Shown piece by piece: positions 28,636 through 42,413 of a stretch of DNA of 64,000 nucleotides. The notes beneath the pieces are model-generated. The model was not told where the DNA came from. It did not search any database and was given only the letters and a program-made list of their open reading frames with translations. A program made the translations under genes and the position numbers. Every line of letters starts with the position of its first letter. Positions within the stretch are counted from its first letter, which is position 1. The stretch spans positions 5,580,001 to 5,644,000 of the forward strand of contig OZ024753.1 in the NCBI GenBank assembly GCA_964016885.1, given 5' to 3'. The DNA comes from Eledone cirrhosa. Lineage: Eukaryota.

Positions 28636-29220
28636 AGGAGCGTAGCTTTGTGGTTAGGATGTTTGGCTTACGATCGTAAGTTCGATTCCTGTCGTTATGG
28701 TCTTAAACAACATACTTTATTTCACGTTCCCCCAAGCCACTCAGTGGAGGCGCGTGGCCTAGTGGTAAGAGTGTTGGATTTACGATCATAATGTCATTGG
28801 CTCGATTCCTGAGATGGTTTGCGTGTTGTGTTCTTCAGGAAAACATTTCATTTCATGTTGCTTCAGTATATTCAGCTGAAAATGAGTACCGGCATTAGCT
28901 GGGGGTTTAACCCTGCGATGGACTGGCGTCATGTCCAGGGAGGAGTCTTGTATACTCAGTCGCTTCACGCCATAAAACCTGGATAAGCACCAGCCTAACA
29001 AGCCTTCTGGCTTAAGACAGACATTTTAGCCCAGTCGACTCAGCTGTCAAAAAGTGTCAATTATTGACACAAGCTGAATATCCTTGAGAACTACGTTAAT
29101 GTTACACGTGTCTGTTGAATGCTCAATCACTTGTACATACATTTCATGAGCAGGATGTTCCGTTTATCGAATCAACTGGAAAACTCATAGTTAGAACCGA
29201 CGTAGAGTCGTTGCCGCATT
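28636..29220 (+). mobile_element. nested family-B SINEs: a full copy at 28747-29030 inserted into an older copy (head 28636-28745, tail ~29031-29220)
   Basis: Two tRNA-like heads in tandem; the outer element appears to resume after the inner copy (..ccactcag / ..cagtcgactcagctg); the tail also occurs inverted at ~53220-53340. Confidence 0.7.
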
Positions 29221-29249
29221 TGTTCCTGTATTTTACGCTAGTAAGATTT

Positions 29250-29470
29250 TGTAGATGTTCTTGTGACATCTGGTGGAAGATGCTGTGACATTTGGTAGAA
29301 GATGTGACATCTGGCAGAAGATGTGACATCTTGTAGTTATTCTTGGCATCTGGCAGATGTTCTTGTGGCATCTAGTAGGAGACGTTCTTATGACATCTGG
29401 TAGAAGATGTTCTTGTGACATCTGGTAGAAGAAGACGTCTTGTGATATGGATTTCTGGTAAAGACGTGTT
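29250..29470. repeat. ~20-27-bp minisatellite (gatgttcttgtgacatctggtagaa)
   Basis: About 8 imperfect copies. Confidence 0.85.
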
Positions 29471-29866
29471 ATGAAACCCCGGTTTGTATTATAAGTTACG
29501 TTACAGTTTTTTTTTATTGGTGTAAATTTGGATTTTCAATACTCAGGCATATCAAATAGTGTACCCCCCCCCCCTACGAAAAAACCACAAACCTATATTG
29601 AAGAGGAAATGAATGTCTGTTTGTTAATATCGAGGAAATAGCTGGAAATATTAATTTTATTGAATAAAAACCGTCGCATCTATGGAAACATTTTTTTCGT
29701 CGATTCAATTACCTATATTTTTAGAAGAGATAGCATTTTTCTAAATATAGTATATCTACAAATTAATGTACCAGGAATAACTGGTCTTGATCCATTCGTC
29801 TATACGTCAAACAAGAAAAATAAAAAACGAAAAAAACAAACAAACTGTCCAGTATTTCGGCTTCAA

Positions 29867-30075
29867 ACTCAGACTCAGACTCAGAATCAGAAGCTCCCGC
29901 GTCTTGCGACGCATGAGGAAATCATAGTGTTCCATCACGTTCGGCCAGCAGCCAGTTGCACAGCGTCCCGCCATTGTCTGTTTATCGCTCGCAGGTCCCT
30001 CTCAACTGTCTGGCGCCAGTTCATTTTGGGTCGCCCTTTCCGTCTGCTTCCCTGCGGGCTCCATTTAAGTACACA
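29867..30075 (-). mobile_element. RTE-type LINE 3' end with (TCTGAG)n tail
   Basis: VLKWSPQGSRRKGRPKMNWRQTVERDLRAINRQWRDAVQLAAGRT; tandem hexamer tail. Confidence 0.85.
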
Positions 30076-30561
30076 AGGATATTAGTGTTAATATCATTAT
30101 ACGTGTTCTGTAAGTTTTAAAGAAGTTCCATTCTAAGTTCGAATCCCACGAGTAAGCCATACCCATTAATCCGAAGTCGAGAAAACAAAATGAATAGCAA
30201 ATTAGGCTAATCAGCCGATGTATACTTTAGAGAGTACTATATAGTCTGAAGTGTTTTAGTGTGCAGCAGAAAAGGAGATATACAACCTTGACAAGAGGTA
30301 ATGTCCTCGAAACAATTTTTGATTATTTCTCTATGCTACCGCTAGAACAAAAGGCTGATGATAGTCGTCTGAACCACGTGGTGTTATGAGGCTGTTTTCT
30401 TGCAAACGAATCGAATATTAATATTATTATTATTGTTCGATATAAAACTCATGAATGCATTTACGTATAATTTATAATTTAATAAATGTTATTTAAATTA
30501 ATCTGTCTATTTCAGCTGAGTCCTGGTTTGTGTATAATGTAAACCGCTATTTGTTATAGGT

Positions 30562-30815
<254 letters not shown>

Positions 30816-31239
30816 CATATTTGTTCACGTTTCCATAACATGGTTTATCATTTAAATTGTTGGTATACCAACATTAAATTTATCTCTATCGATAATTGTT
30901 GCCAACTGTCAAAGAAATGGGAAGATAGTTTCAACAGTAAGAACGTGCTGATCTTTAGTATTTGCAGAAGGCAACAAATTTAAGAGAGAAAAGTGGTCAA
31001 TTTAATCGATTCCAAGATATAAATGGTACTTATTTTATCAACTGTTGAGTAATGAAATGCTTAATTAATTCTAGCAGGATTTTAACCACAGAAAATAAAG
31101 GGACGGAAACAAAACCTCGCCATTCTGTCGTCATTCGTCAGCTCCACCCCCATGTGTTCTTAACATGACATCTTTGAATATATTCTACATTTATCCAGAT
31201 TTAACAGCAGCTGTCGTTGACCAAGTTGGTCATGGTCAC

Positions 31240-31700
31240 ACATGCACGTATGCACATACTACATACAACATAGATCGACATGCATATACATACACACATG
31301 TACGTCTGCACATACCTACATACAACATAGATCGACATGCATATACACACACACATGTACGTCTGCACATACCTACATACAACATAGATCGACATGCATA
31401 TACATACACACATGCATGTATGCACGTAGCTAAATGCAATATAGATCTACATGCATATATATACGCACATGCATGTATGCACATACCTACACACAACATA
31501 GATCTACATGCATACACATACACATATACATTTTAGTACACACATACAGATATGCACATACTTATACACAAACTCTCTTATGCATATCGAACATATGCAA
31601 GTGCATACATACATGCATGTATGCACATACCTACATACAACATAGATCTATATGCATATACATACACATATACACATATACACATACTTATACACATACT
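31240..31700. repeat. 57-bp degenerate minisatellite
   Basis: tacaacatagatcgacatgcatatac unit at 31264, 31321, 31378 and onward. Confidence 0.85.
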
Positions 31701-31999
31701 CTCTTATGCATATATACACACGAAAGTACATACATGCACACGCATGCGTTTATACACATATGAATATACATATATGCATGTATACACTCATACGCATAGG
31801 CAAACATATTATTAAAGATAATCCACCCGTGACTCTCCTATCTATTTAACATCACCTAATTTTGTAGAATTGGATGAAAATCTTCTAATAGGCCTAAGGT
31901 GATACGGTTTACATATCCAGCTTGTAGTGTCATCTTCTTTAGGAAACTGTTTACACACAAGGACTAACTTATTTCTAGCATATAATTTAATAAATCAAT

Positions 32000-32190
32000 G
32001 GGCGGTGGATTGGCAGTATCGGTAGAGGGTCGGACGCCATGCTTTCCAGCATAGTTACGTCCCTTTACGATCTGAGTTAAAATCCCGCCGAGGTTGACTT
32101 TGCCTTTCATCCTTACGGGGTCGATAAAATAAAGTAGCAGTAATGTACTGGGCAATTGCTGGCCTTGTGTCTAAAGTAGAAACAATAATT
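32000..32190 (+). mobile_element. SINE family A, full length
   Basis: ggcggtggattggcagtatcggtagag...ccttgtgtctaaagtagaaacaataa. Confidence 0.9.
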
Positions 32191-33486
32191 TAATAAATCA
32201 ACGTAAAGTGCAAGTACATAGTGCAAGTACATATTCCGACTTTACGGAAGATATTAATTGTGCGGGGTTTAAGGACGTCAGAGGTCTTGGTGGAGATCAG
32301 ATTAATGAGGACTAACTGTAGTTAAATTGGAGTGAATTAGAATAAAATGAAAAATGTAAAATGTAATAGCCTACATGGTGGTTACAAACACAATGTAAAT
32401 CAAATTTAAAACTGCCAGCCAAACAACTCTTCTCCGATTGCTCTTTAAACAGCTACTCACAGATCTTCTCTTGATAATGGGTTTTTAAACCCGAAAATAT
32501 TTGAGATAATTAAATTTGCAAAAGTAAAATTCTATCGTCCTCATTCTTTCCTCCATAACTCCTGGCACTTTTAATCTTGTACACATTGTAGGGCTTTCAA
32601 ATATTTAAACTTATTTAAATTTGTATTTCCTATTTCACAATGCTTCAAGCAAACTACAACACTCTGTTACAATGTAAAATGTACTAACCAGAAACATTGT
32701 ACTTACAAACACAAATAACAAGTCTTCAGCAACATGACGGTGCTAATGATAATTTGGTTGGCAGTCAACTTTGCCTTTTTTTTTTCGAAGTCGTTAAAAA
32801 CAGTACCAGTCTAGTTGTGGGGTCGATGTTTCCTCTATATATTTTTCTCACTTCCTGTCTCTCTCTATCCTTCTCTGAAAGTAATTTGCTGTACTCAGTT
32901 CTGGAGAGAAGATGGAATCCGCCAGGCTTAAAAATGCCGTATGGCGATATGACGCTCCATCAGGAGTTACGGGACCATACCATATTATACCATGATACCC
33001 TGACCACACAACCAGCTGCAGTATCTAAGAATTTATTTTACATTTTTTAGATTACTTCAAAATAACTGATGAAATCGAACAAAATTTTGAAAGGTTTTCC
33101 TTTTAGCGTTGGTTCAACAAACAACCAGATTAAACGTTTGGGCTATTTATATAAGAAAAATCTAGAGTCGAAGTCAAGAGGTGTTGTTGATCAAGCTGCT
33201 TATCCAAGCGTTTAATGGTCGTACTTATCCGCTTCGCTAGATATCTTGTCTCGCGGCTAGAAATAGTTTTAGCAGAAATTCTCGCTAAATTCACGTTACT
33301 TCAATTACTGACATGACTACACCTAAAAGACGAGATAAACAGATTTAGAAATGTTATTTCTCAAACAGGCTTTCTATATTTTTCTCTTCTTTATTCAATT
33401 ATTCATTAAATTTGATTTCTTCTTAATTTTGTAACTTTTATTTTATCTGAAAAAAAAAAAAAAAAAAAAAATATATATATATACAT

Positions 33487-33537
<51 letters not shown>

Positions 33538-33540
<3 letters not shown>

Positions 33541-33626
33541 TGTGTCCCGAAAAATGTATACACACTTCTGATAAATATTGCCTGTACAGGTAATCAAAGT
33601 ATGTATACAGTTTTTGGGACACCCTA
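33538..33626. mobile_element. 89-bp Tc1/mariner-type mini-MITE in (TA)n
   Basis: TIRs CAGTGTGTCCCGAAAAATGTATACACACTT / AAGTATGTATACAGTTTTTGGGACACCCTA with TA flanks. Confidence 0.8.
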
Positions 33627-33715
33627 TATATATATATATATATAATGCACGCACACACATACATACATGCACACATATATATGTATAATTATATATGTAT
33701 ATATATGCGCGCGCA

Positions 33716-33776
<61 letters not shown>

Positions 33777-34570
33777 TATCATTATTATTATCATTATTAT
33801 TATTGCTAATTAAAACTAGTCGGTCAAGCTTGCACTATTTCTAAATAAGCCTTCACCAAAAATTGTTTGTTTACAAAATTTATAAAATGATATTGCTTTC
33901 TGTAGCTTAGCGTCAGTGGTTAGAGAGTTGAATTCGCAATCGTGAGGTTGCGAGTTCAATTGTCATATTGTCTTTCTTCTTAGATGTGCCGGAAATAGCA
34001 ACCATATTACATAAAATCATTTTTTGAACGTTTGTTTTTAGATTAATATATGATTAGGAAGTCGTTTGGCGTGAAAATACATAACACAAAGCGATAAATA
34101 AATGCTGTAAAAATATCAGTGATCGGTGCCATGAATGGGGCCTATCGAACACGATCAATACGATCACCTCATACATGTATGGTATGTAGTCTGGCTTCGC
34201 ACCACATGGATTTGATGATCCACCGTTTCCTAAAGACGTTATCTGTCAACAGCCTTTCCTGAAATGATCAGATAGCTCCAAGTAATTAAAAAGAAAAGCA
34301 CGCGAAGCCCCCCCCCCCCATACGAGAAAAGCAAGAAAATTGAATACTTCAGTGAATTACTAGACGTAACAAGGATACATGCACGAAATTGATTAAGGCA
34401 GCAATTGCTTCAGATTGGACCCTTCTAGCATCATGAAATGTGTCACTAATAATTACCAAGTAAATGAAAGCTTATACTATCGGTGAACCGTTAGTTCCTT
34501 CAGTCTGCAACTTAATTGGTAGCAATGATGCTAAATCAAGACGCCGGAGATGAAATAATGAAAACTCTTT

Positions 34571-35957
34571 CTCCAACAGTATAGTACACTGTGTTACCAA
34601 ACTCCTGTCATATGATATAAAATCTAGAATATTCTATTCTCCAACAATATAGTACACTGTGTTACCAAACTCCTGTCATATGATATAAAATCTAGAATAT
34701 TCTATTCTCCAACAATATAGTACACTGTGTTACCAAACTCCTGTCATATGATATAAAATCTAGAATATTCTATTCTCCAACAATATAGTACACTGTGTTA
34801 CCAAACTCCTGTCATATGATATAAAATCTAGAATATTCTATTCTCCAACAATATAGTATACTGAGTTATCAAACTCGTGTCATGTGATATAGGATCTAGA
34901 ATATTCTATTCTCCAACAATATAGTACACTGTGTTACCAAACTCCTGTCATATGATATAAAATCTAGAATATTCTATTCTCCAACAATATAGTACACTGT
35001 GTTACCAAACTCCTGTCATATGATATAAAATCTAGAATATTCTATTCTCCAACAATATAGTACACTGTGTTACCAAACTCCTGTCATATGATATAAAATC
35101 TAGAATATTCTATTCTCCAACAATATAGTACACTGTGTTACCAAACTCCTGTCATATGATATAAAATCTAGAATATTCTATTCTCCAACAATATAGTACA
35201 CTGTGTTACCAAACTCCTGTCATATGATATAAAATCTAGAATATTCTATTCTCCAACAATATAGTACACTGTGTTACCAAACTCCTGTCATATGATATAA
35301 AATCTAGAATATTCTATTCTCCAACAATATAGTACACTGTGTTACCAAACTCCTGTCATATGATATAAAATCTAGAATATTCTATTCTCCAACAATATAG
35401 TATACTGAGTTATCAAACTCGTGTCATGTGATATAGGATCTAGAATATTCTATTCTCCAACAATATAGTACACTGTGTTATCAAACTCGTGTCATGTGAT
35501 ATAAAATCTAGAATATTCTATTCTCCAACAATATAGTACACTGTGTTATCAAACTCGTGTCATGTGATATAAAATCTAGAATATTCTATTCTCCAACAAT
35601 ATAATATACTGAGTTATCAAACTCGTGTCATGTGATATAGGATCTAGAATATTCTATTCTCCAACAATATAGTATATTGAGTTATCAAACTCGTGTCATG
35701 TGATATAGGATCTAGAATATTCTATTCTCCAACAATATAGTATACTGAGTTATCAAACTCGTCTCATGTGATATAGGATCTAGAATATTCTATTCTCCAA
35801 CAATATAGTATACTGAGTTATCAAACTCGTGTCATGTGATATAGGATCTAGAATATTCTATTCTCCAACAATATAATATACTGAGTTATCAAACTCGTGT
35901 CATGTGATATAAAATCTAGAATATTCTCCAACAATATAATATATTGAGTTATCAAAC
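34571..35957. repeat. 68-bp tandem satellite, ~20 copies, two sequence variants
   Basis: Unit ctccaacaatatagtacactgtgttaccaaactcctgtcatatgatataaaatctagaatattctatt; period 68 (34571, 34639, 34707 and onward). Confidence 0.97.
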
Positions 35958-36696
35958 TTTGTGAACCTCTGGTTTAAGCCTACTATTCATATTGACCTTG
36001 GCACATTTTGAACGAACTCAGAATGCAAAGAGCGGGCATTAATGCCGTAAGGCGTCTCGTCCGACACTCTAACTATTCTGTTAATCCAACTCTAGAGCAT
36101 GATATCACTAGGATGACATCCCACTCCATCTGTGATTGACTATGTACGAGACACATATTTATGTAAGTCAGTAGCTTCTCTAAGGAATATATCTAATATA
36201 TTACTGGTATTTAATGGAAACAACATGGTAACGAACGCCTTTATACGATGAAGTCTTTACGTTGTTTAAGAAACAAACTAGGCCGGCGTTCGACTTCATT
36301 TGGAAATTTCTACTAGTTCTATTGCAATAAAGAGTGCGCTATCACAAGAATCTAATCTTGTATATTACTGGTACTTACTCAAGACAACAATAGCAGCGTT
36401 TACACAGTTTAGAAATATATCTTCCAGATCACCAAGATCACACCTTACATACAAAGATAGGCCACATAGGGTAATGAGATGGTTAAGTCTAGAATTCCTT
36501 CGATCACTTATCCGATCGATAAGGGCTAAATTGCACTGAAACCACACGAAGTCTTAAACTGATCTCAATAGGCATTGATTACAGAACGTAAAGATGTATT
36601 GAGAGATATACAGTGTGGTGTAAATTGTTCAGAGAAATGGACGTCTATGTTTCTGTTACACTATACCTACACACAAATACACAGGTTCAGACACAC

Positions 36697-36942
<246 letters not shown>

Positions 36943-37233
36943 GCATATATATATACATATATATACATATACATACACACACATACTCACACACACACAT
37001 ACACACACATATATATATTTACTTATATAAGTATGCATATGTATCTAGGTATATATGTGTATGCATGTTTGATGTGTATATGTGTGTGTATGTATGTATG
37101 TCATATATGAATGTATGCATGCATATATGTATTTTTGTATGTATGCATGTATGTATGTATATATGTATATATATAAACAAGGCAGTGAGGGCCGCCTTAA
37201 GTTCCGTTCAAGTATATATATATTTATATGATA

Positions 37234-37314
<81 letters not shown>

Positions 37315-38145
37315 GTAAGTGGTTAAATGAATGAATGTTCTTCTCTTTTCTCATCAATCTCTTTATTTGATCGGAGAATCAATTTCCTCCTGTGAAATGA
37401 GTTCTTTTAGCCTCATGTTGTGATTGTCAACATTTACTTAATGATTTCGAATCCAGATTCCATGACATTATACGACATTTCAATGACGTCAGCTTCGCCA
37501 AACCGTTTTTCTTTCACCGGCTGCGAACTATTTTCTTTTATTTTTCATGTGCATTTCATACGGCTGAAAAACAGGTTTTAAACCAAAGAAACATTCTAAA
37601 GACGGGATCAAACATTATACAGATTTATTTGCTCAGGACAAATTAGGAATGTGGATCATTTCAATTGAAGTTTTCTGTTTTCGTTTCTTTTATTTTGTTC
37701 CCCAGTATATTTCATCGCGTTGACATTACATGAAAATACCATTATTCATGAAAATACCTGCTTATCGTTAATGAAAAATGATGAAAATATAGGAAATGTA
37801 AAAACTGATATTCAAATTAAAATTCAATAAGAGATATACAATATTTTCTTTTTGTACTGTACTACAGAATACATCTATCGGTTATATTGAACAATTCCTA
37901 TATTCAATAAATGTAAATATATATATATTGTAAATATATTTGTCTTTATATACTTCGTATTCATGGACAGCAAAGGAATAATCGGTTTGGCTAGTTTCAA
38001 TCCTATGTTAGTGTTTTATCAATGAACGAGTATTTTCTTAACTTTCCACGGTAAAACTGCTTTTGAATTCAATGTTATTAATGGTTTAAATATATCTGAT
38101 AGACAGATTTACAAATATGATGTAGTTAGTTATATTAATAAATAA

Positions 38146-39020
38146 CGGTTTCTGATTTAGGTACATGGCCAACAATTTTGAGGGAGGGAAAAATTAATTA
38201 AATGGACACCAGTATGTTACTGGTGCTATATTTGATCGATTCTGTAAGGATGAAAAGCAAAGCTAACCTTGGCGGAGTTTTAACTCAGAAAGTTAAAGGC
38301 CGTAGCAATATGGCGTGAAGTATGTTGTCTAAGGTTCTATCGATTCTACTGTCAATCTCTGCCCCAGTTATATTAATAAATAATTTAAGCACAAGGTCAG
38401 GTTTTGACGGAGGGAGGACAAAATCGATTATATCGATTCAAATACATTATTTTATCGACCAAGGAAGCAAAGAAAAGTTAACCTGGCTGGATTTGATCTA
38501 AAAACATCTAAGGTCGTAACTAAATACCACGAAGCTAATCCATCAACCTAGTCATATTAATAAATTATTGTTTCTACTTTTGGCTCAAGTCCAGAAATTA
38601 TCCAGTGCATTACTGGTACTTTATTTTATCGACCCCGTAAGGATGAAAGGCAAAGTTAACCTCGGCAGGATTTGAACACAGAATGGCAAGGGCCGTAACT
38701 CTATGCGTCAAATCATGGCGTCCGACCTTCTACCGACTTGCAGACATGGTCTCGTGACTCCCGAGGGAGCAGTTGGGACGCTGTGTTGATATACGGCGTT
38801 TCTAGGGTATTTTAAGACCTGGCGGAGCTCATCTCCTCTCCAGGAATACAACAGTTTTCTTCCACAGAATGACAGAGAGTGTGAAAGACCCTATCACTAG
38901 ATTAGTACTTTTTTTATCGACCTGTCAAAGTTGACCTCAACGGGATTTGAACTCAGAGAGCAGAGAGCCGGAATAAACACTGCAAAGTATTCTAGCCGAC
39001 GTTCTATTGTTCTTCGCCTA
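38146..39020 (-). mobile_element. cluster of four co-oriented family-A SINEs, one with an extended tail
   Basis: Copies at ~38146-38365, 38385-38540, 38565-38740 and 38745-39020. Confidence 0.85.
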
Positions 39021-39021
39021 C

Positions 39022-39320
39022 TTATTCCTGAGCAGGCCATTGGGGCAGAGTCCTCAAACACTCCATCCAGCTGGTCTTGTCAGAAGTAACCGTCTCCAAC
39101 TGATCCGGCTGGATCCCCAAGGGTGACCAGCCAAGCTCATGGATGTTATCCAATCATCTTGCTAGGGGTCTACCCCTGGGTGTCCTACGTGTTGGTTTTG
39201 CCCATAAAATTTGTTCAGCGATTCTTTCCGGAGACATTCTAACCACATGCCCATAGTATCGGAGCTGTGATATCTCAATTCGGAGAAATAGCGGCTCTAA
39301 CTGGAGTGTTTCAGTAGGTT
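39022..39320 (-). mobile_element. RTE-type LINE 3' fragment
   Basis: LRIEISQLRYYGHVVRMSPERIAEQILWAKPTRRTPRGRPLAR*LDNI...SDKTSW. Confidence 0.88.
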
Positions 39321-39619
39321 GCCGTGTAAAATTCAATTCTTTCCAGTGTTATGATGTAGGAATCTACTTACAATAGATGAACACTGTATTCAGAGATGGG
39401 TGAGGTGTGGGGATGAGGGTGAGAAGGTTTATCGCTTTTAGATCGATGTAAAGCTACGGAAACTAAAATTGAGCACCGGATATTGAGATTCGGAAAATAA
39501 TTAGCAAGTAGTAGTTGTAATGGTTATAGTATTATATTATTATTAGAATTAGTAATAGTAGTTGGAGTACTGTGATGGTATTTGTATAAGTAGTAGTAGT
39601 AGCAGCAGCAGTAGCAGTA

Positions 39620-39795
39620 TTATTATCATTATTATTTATTTATTATTATTGTTGTTTGGATGTCAGTCATTGATGTTATTTAACTGGAAAGTTTGTTGAA
39701 ATGAATATCAAGCCGCTATCTGCAGCCTCAGATATTCAGGACGTATCAGAGTGTTCTTGCTGTTCCCAGCAAGCATGCCTTTTGTAGCCAATCTC
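39620..39795 (-). mobile_element. R4/Dong-like non-LTR element C-terminus, 3' UTR and (TAA)n tail
   Basis: LQKACLLGTARTL*YVLNI terminal motif followed by UTR and TAA repeats. Confidence 0.7.
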
Positions 39796-40175
39796 TTCGG
39801 AAGAACTTTCAGGCCGGGGCCTATGGACAACTTCCAGAAATCCCTGGCCTGGCAGGGCTACCGAGGAGCTTTGCCAGTTCGGGATAAACTCTACAGGCAT
39901 GGAGGTGCCGTCAGCCGGGCATGTCCGATATGCGCGCAAGGCGACGAAACCGTCCTGCACGCATTCGTCCACTGTCCGAGCATTGCTGACTTGTGGGTTT
40001 ATGTCGAACACCTGCTGTCACGTGTAGGACGGATCCAGCTATCAGCTGAGTCCATCGTGAGGATTACCCCGCCCTCTTCCTTTAGCCGGGAAGGGCAGGC
40101 AGTTTTTATCTGTCTGGTGGCCATGGCGAAAGAGATAGTATGGTGGACACGTTTGAAAGGGCTGAAGACGAGCAC
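39793..40175 (+). mobile_element. Tx1/L1-clade ORF2 C-terminal fragment (zf-RVT/CCHC)
   Basis: SLAWQGYRGALPVRDKLYRHG..RACPICAQGDETVLHAFVHCP..LW. Confidence 0.9.
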
Positions 40176-40258
40176 TATCCATTTCTTTTTGTTCAGCAAC
40201 ATTCCATCTCAGAATTCCCGCACTGTACCTAATAATAGACACAGCTAGGGAATTTATT
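40174..40258 (-). mobile_element. R4/Dong-like internal fragment abutting (TAA)n
   Basis: INSLAVSIIRYSAGILRWNVAEQKEMD motif. Confidence 0.6.
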
Positions 40259-40276
40259 ATTATTATTATTATTATC

Positions 40277-40830
40277 CCCTCAGTGGAGATTGCGTGGCTG
40301 ACGGCAGCCGTCCTCGCTGACGTTGAAGATTCAACAACCATACTCAACGTCATACGAATAAGACAGGAAAACTGGACAGGGTCGGGGATGGAGCTAATCA
40401 TCCAAGCAAACCATGAAAGCGTTGAGGCCATCCCCGATGTAATAGACCTGGACGACGGCAGCCATCTACACGTGACTGTCGAAGGTAGGCGCCCAAGGTG
40501 TCATGGATGCAGTGACAAGACGCACCTTAAGGTCCCAAAATAACCAAAACAGACACGCGCCCATCCCTTCTCCCCACGCCGTGCCCCGCAACTGGAGCAG
40601 ACAAGCAAACAAAGAACACAGTGGCAGAAGAGAAATCACCATCCACAACAACAAAAACACCATCTGTTCCACCACCCACAAAACCAATGGAAAGCATACC
40701 CATTCCTGATATAGCCAAATCGGACAAGGAGTGCGATGAGGTCGAAGAGTGGAGAACTATTCCAACAAAAAAAGGAAGAACTCCCTACTCTCATACCCCT
40801 CCCCCCAAAAAAAAGAGGAAGAAAGAACCT
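40277..40830 (+). mobile_element. Tx1/L1-clade ORF1 (gag-like) fragment, frameshifted
   Basis: WTGSGMELII..IPDVIDLDDGSHLHVTVEGRRPRCHGCSDKTHLK with a degenerate zinc knuckle; EEWRTIPTKKGR low-complexity tail. Confidence 0.7.
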
Positions 40831-40974
40831 TAAAAAAAATGAAAACTACCCCACCTCCTCCACCACATCAACAGCCCCCCCCGCCACCTACACCATCACC
40901 AGCACCACCACCAACACCACCACCACAGCCACCACCACTACCATCACCACCACCGCCGCCACCACCACCCTTAC

Positions 40975-41900
40975 CATGTACGTGGCCTGGGGTCGTCTTG
41001 GAAGCAGGGGCACCTGCTGAACGATCTCAGGTCGCTAAACATAGATGTGGTGGCCATCAGCGAGACAGAATCTCCGAGGCACGGGCCTTCACACCGATCT
41101 TCGGCGGCTACGATGTGTACGCATTTACCACCCGTCCTGGATCGGGGGGAGGAGTTGCTGTGCTTTTTCGGAGAGGTTTGGATCTCGCCATACGGGCCGT
41201 CTTCATGGACCCAGAAGGTAAATTGGTGGTGCTGGATATGACAAGCGGAGACGGGCAAGCTTTCAGGCTAGTGGCCGTCTATGCCTCGACAGGAGCAGGG
41301 CGGTCTGATTTCTTCCGGCGTCTGGAGATCTTTCTAGGAACGTCCTGCTCTTTAGTGTTAGTGGGCGACTGGAACGGGATCTTAGATGCACGCTGGGACT
41401 GTGTGGGATTAGCGGATAGGGGAGGAGGGTGCAAGAGCCTCACCAATCTGCTCAGGCGTTTTGAACTGTCTGACAGGTACCGATTGGATTTCCTGAATGT
41501 GCCACTGTGGACTTGGACAAACCGTATCGGGTCATCCAGATCATATCTAGATAGGGTATTTTGTAGGGAAATAGATAGGTCTAGCATAGGCTGTCCACAA
41601 TTCAAGATACTCAACTACACGGACCACACATTCCTGATCTGTGTGGTTGACTTAGATAGGCTTCATAGACAAGGACCCGGCTACTGGAAGCTAAACACGT
41701 CATTACCAGCACGCAAGGCCTACAGAGACCGGATTAGCGAACTAGTTAAGCGGGCGTTGACGGGGGCCATCGTCAACAACAAGTAGTGGTTTTCTCTGAA
41801 AAGAGCGATTAGAACAGAGTCCATTAGGTTTAGTAAGGCTTTAGCAATAGAGAAAAACAGCAGAGGGAGAACTAGTTATAACATTAGACGAGGAGAAGGA
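40975..41900 (+). mobile_element. Tx1/L1-clade ORF2 APE endonuclease domain (frameshift and stop; pseudo)
   Basis: xVRGL..IDVVAISET, GGGVAVL, RLVAVYA, VLVGDWN, SYLDRVF, TDH and GPGYWKLN motifs. Confidence 0.93.
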
Positions 41901-42160
41901 AAATAGGATCTCAGCTCGGAAGTGGTAAGAACTAAGATATTTCCATGGATAAAGGTGCAAACTATACACGATTTTATTTGGTATATTATCTATCTATCTA
42001 ATTATCTATCCATACACACACACACACACATATATATATACACACACACATATATATATACATATATATATATTCTATACATATATATATACATATACAT
42101 ATATATATATTCATATATATATGTTTGGTTAGATAATAAACCTTATGTACTCGTACACAC

Positions 42161-42205
<45 letters not shown>

Positions 42206-42334
42206 CTATATATTACATACGCATATATGAGAAACAGACTATTACACGTAAACACACAAACGCGCGCGCGCGCACACACATATATATATACATATAAGAA
42301 AGATTAAGCATAATTTCGTCTCTTCACACTTGTC

Positions 42335-42413
<79 letters not shown>

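Noticed and set aside
33061-33106. Plus-strand CTGATGA...GAAAGGTTTTCCTT hammerhead-like motif
   Set aside because: Stem II barely pairs and stem I is only 3 A-U bp; plausible by chance
34115-34265. Possible minus-strand exon after tttcag (GNGGSSNPC-like peptide)
   Set aside because: Stops in all frames and no recognisable family
34571-35957. CRISPR-like regular array
   Set aside because: Head-to-tail units with no unique spacers, no cas genes, and a eukaryotic context
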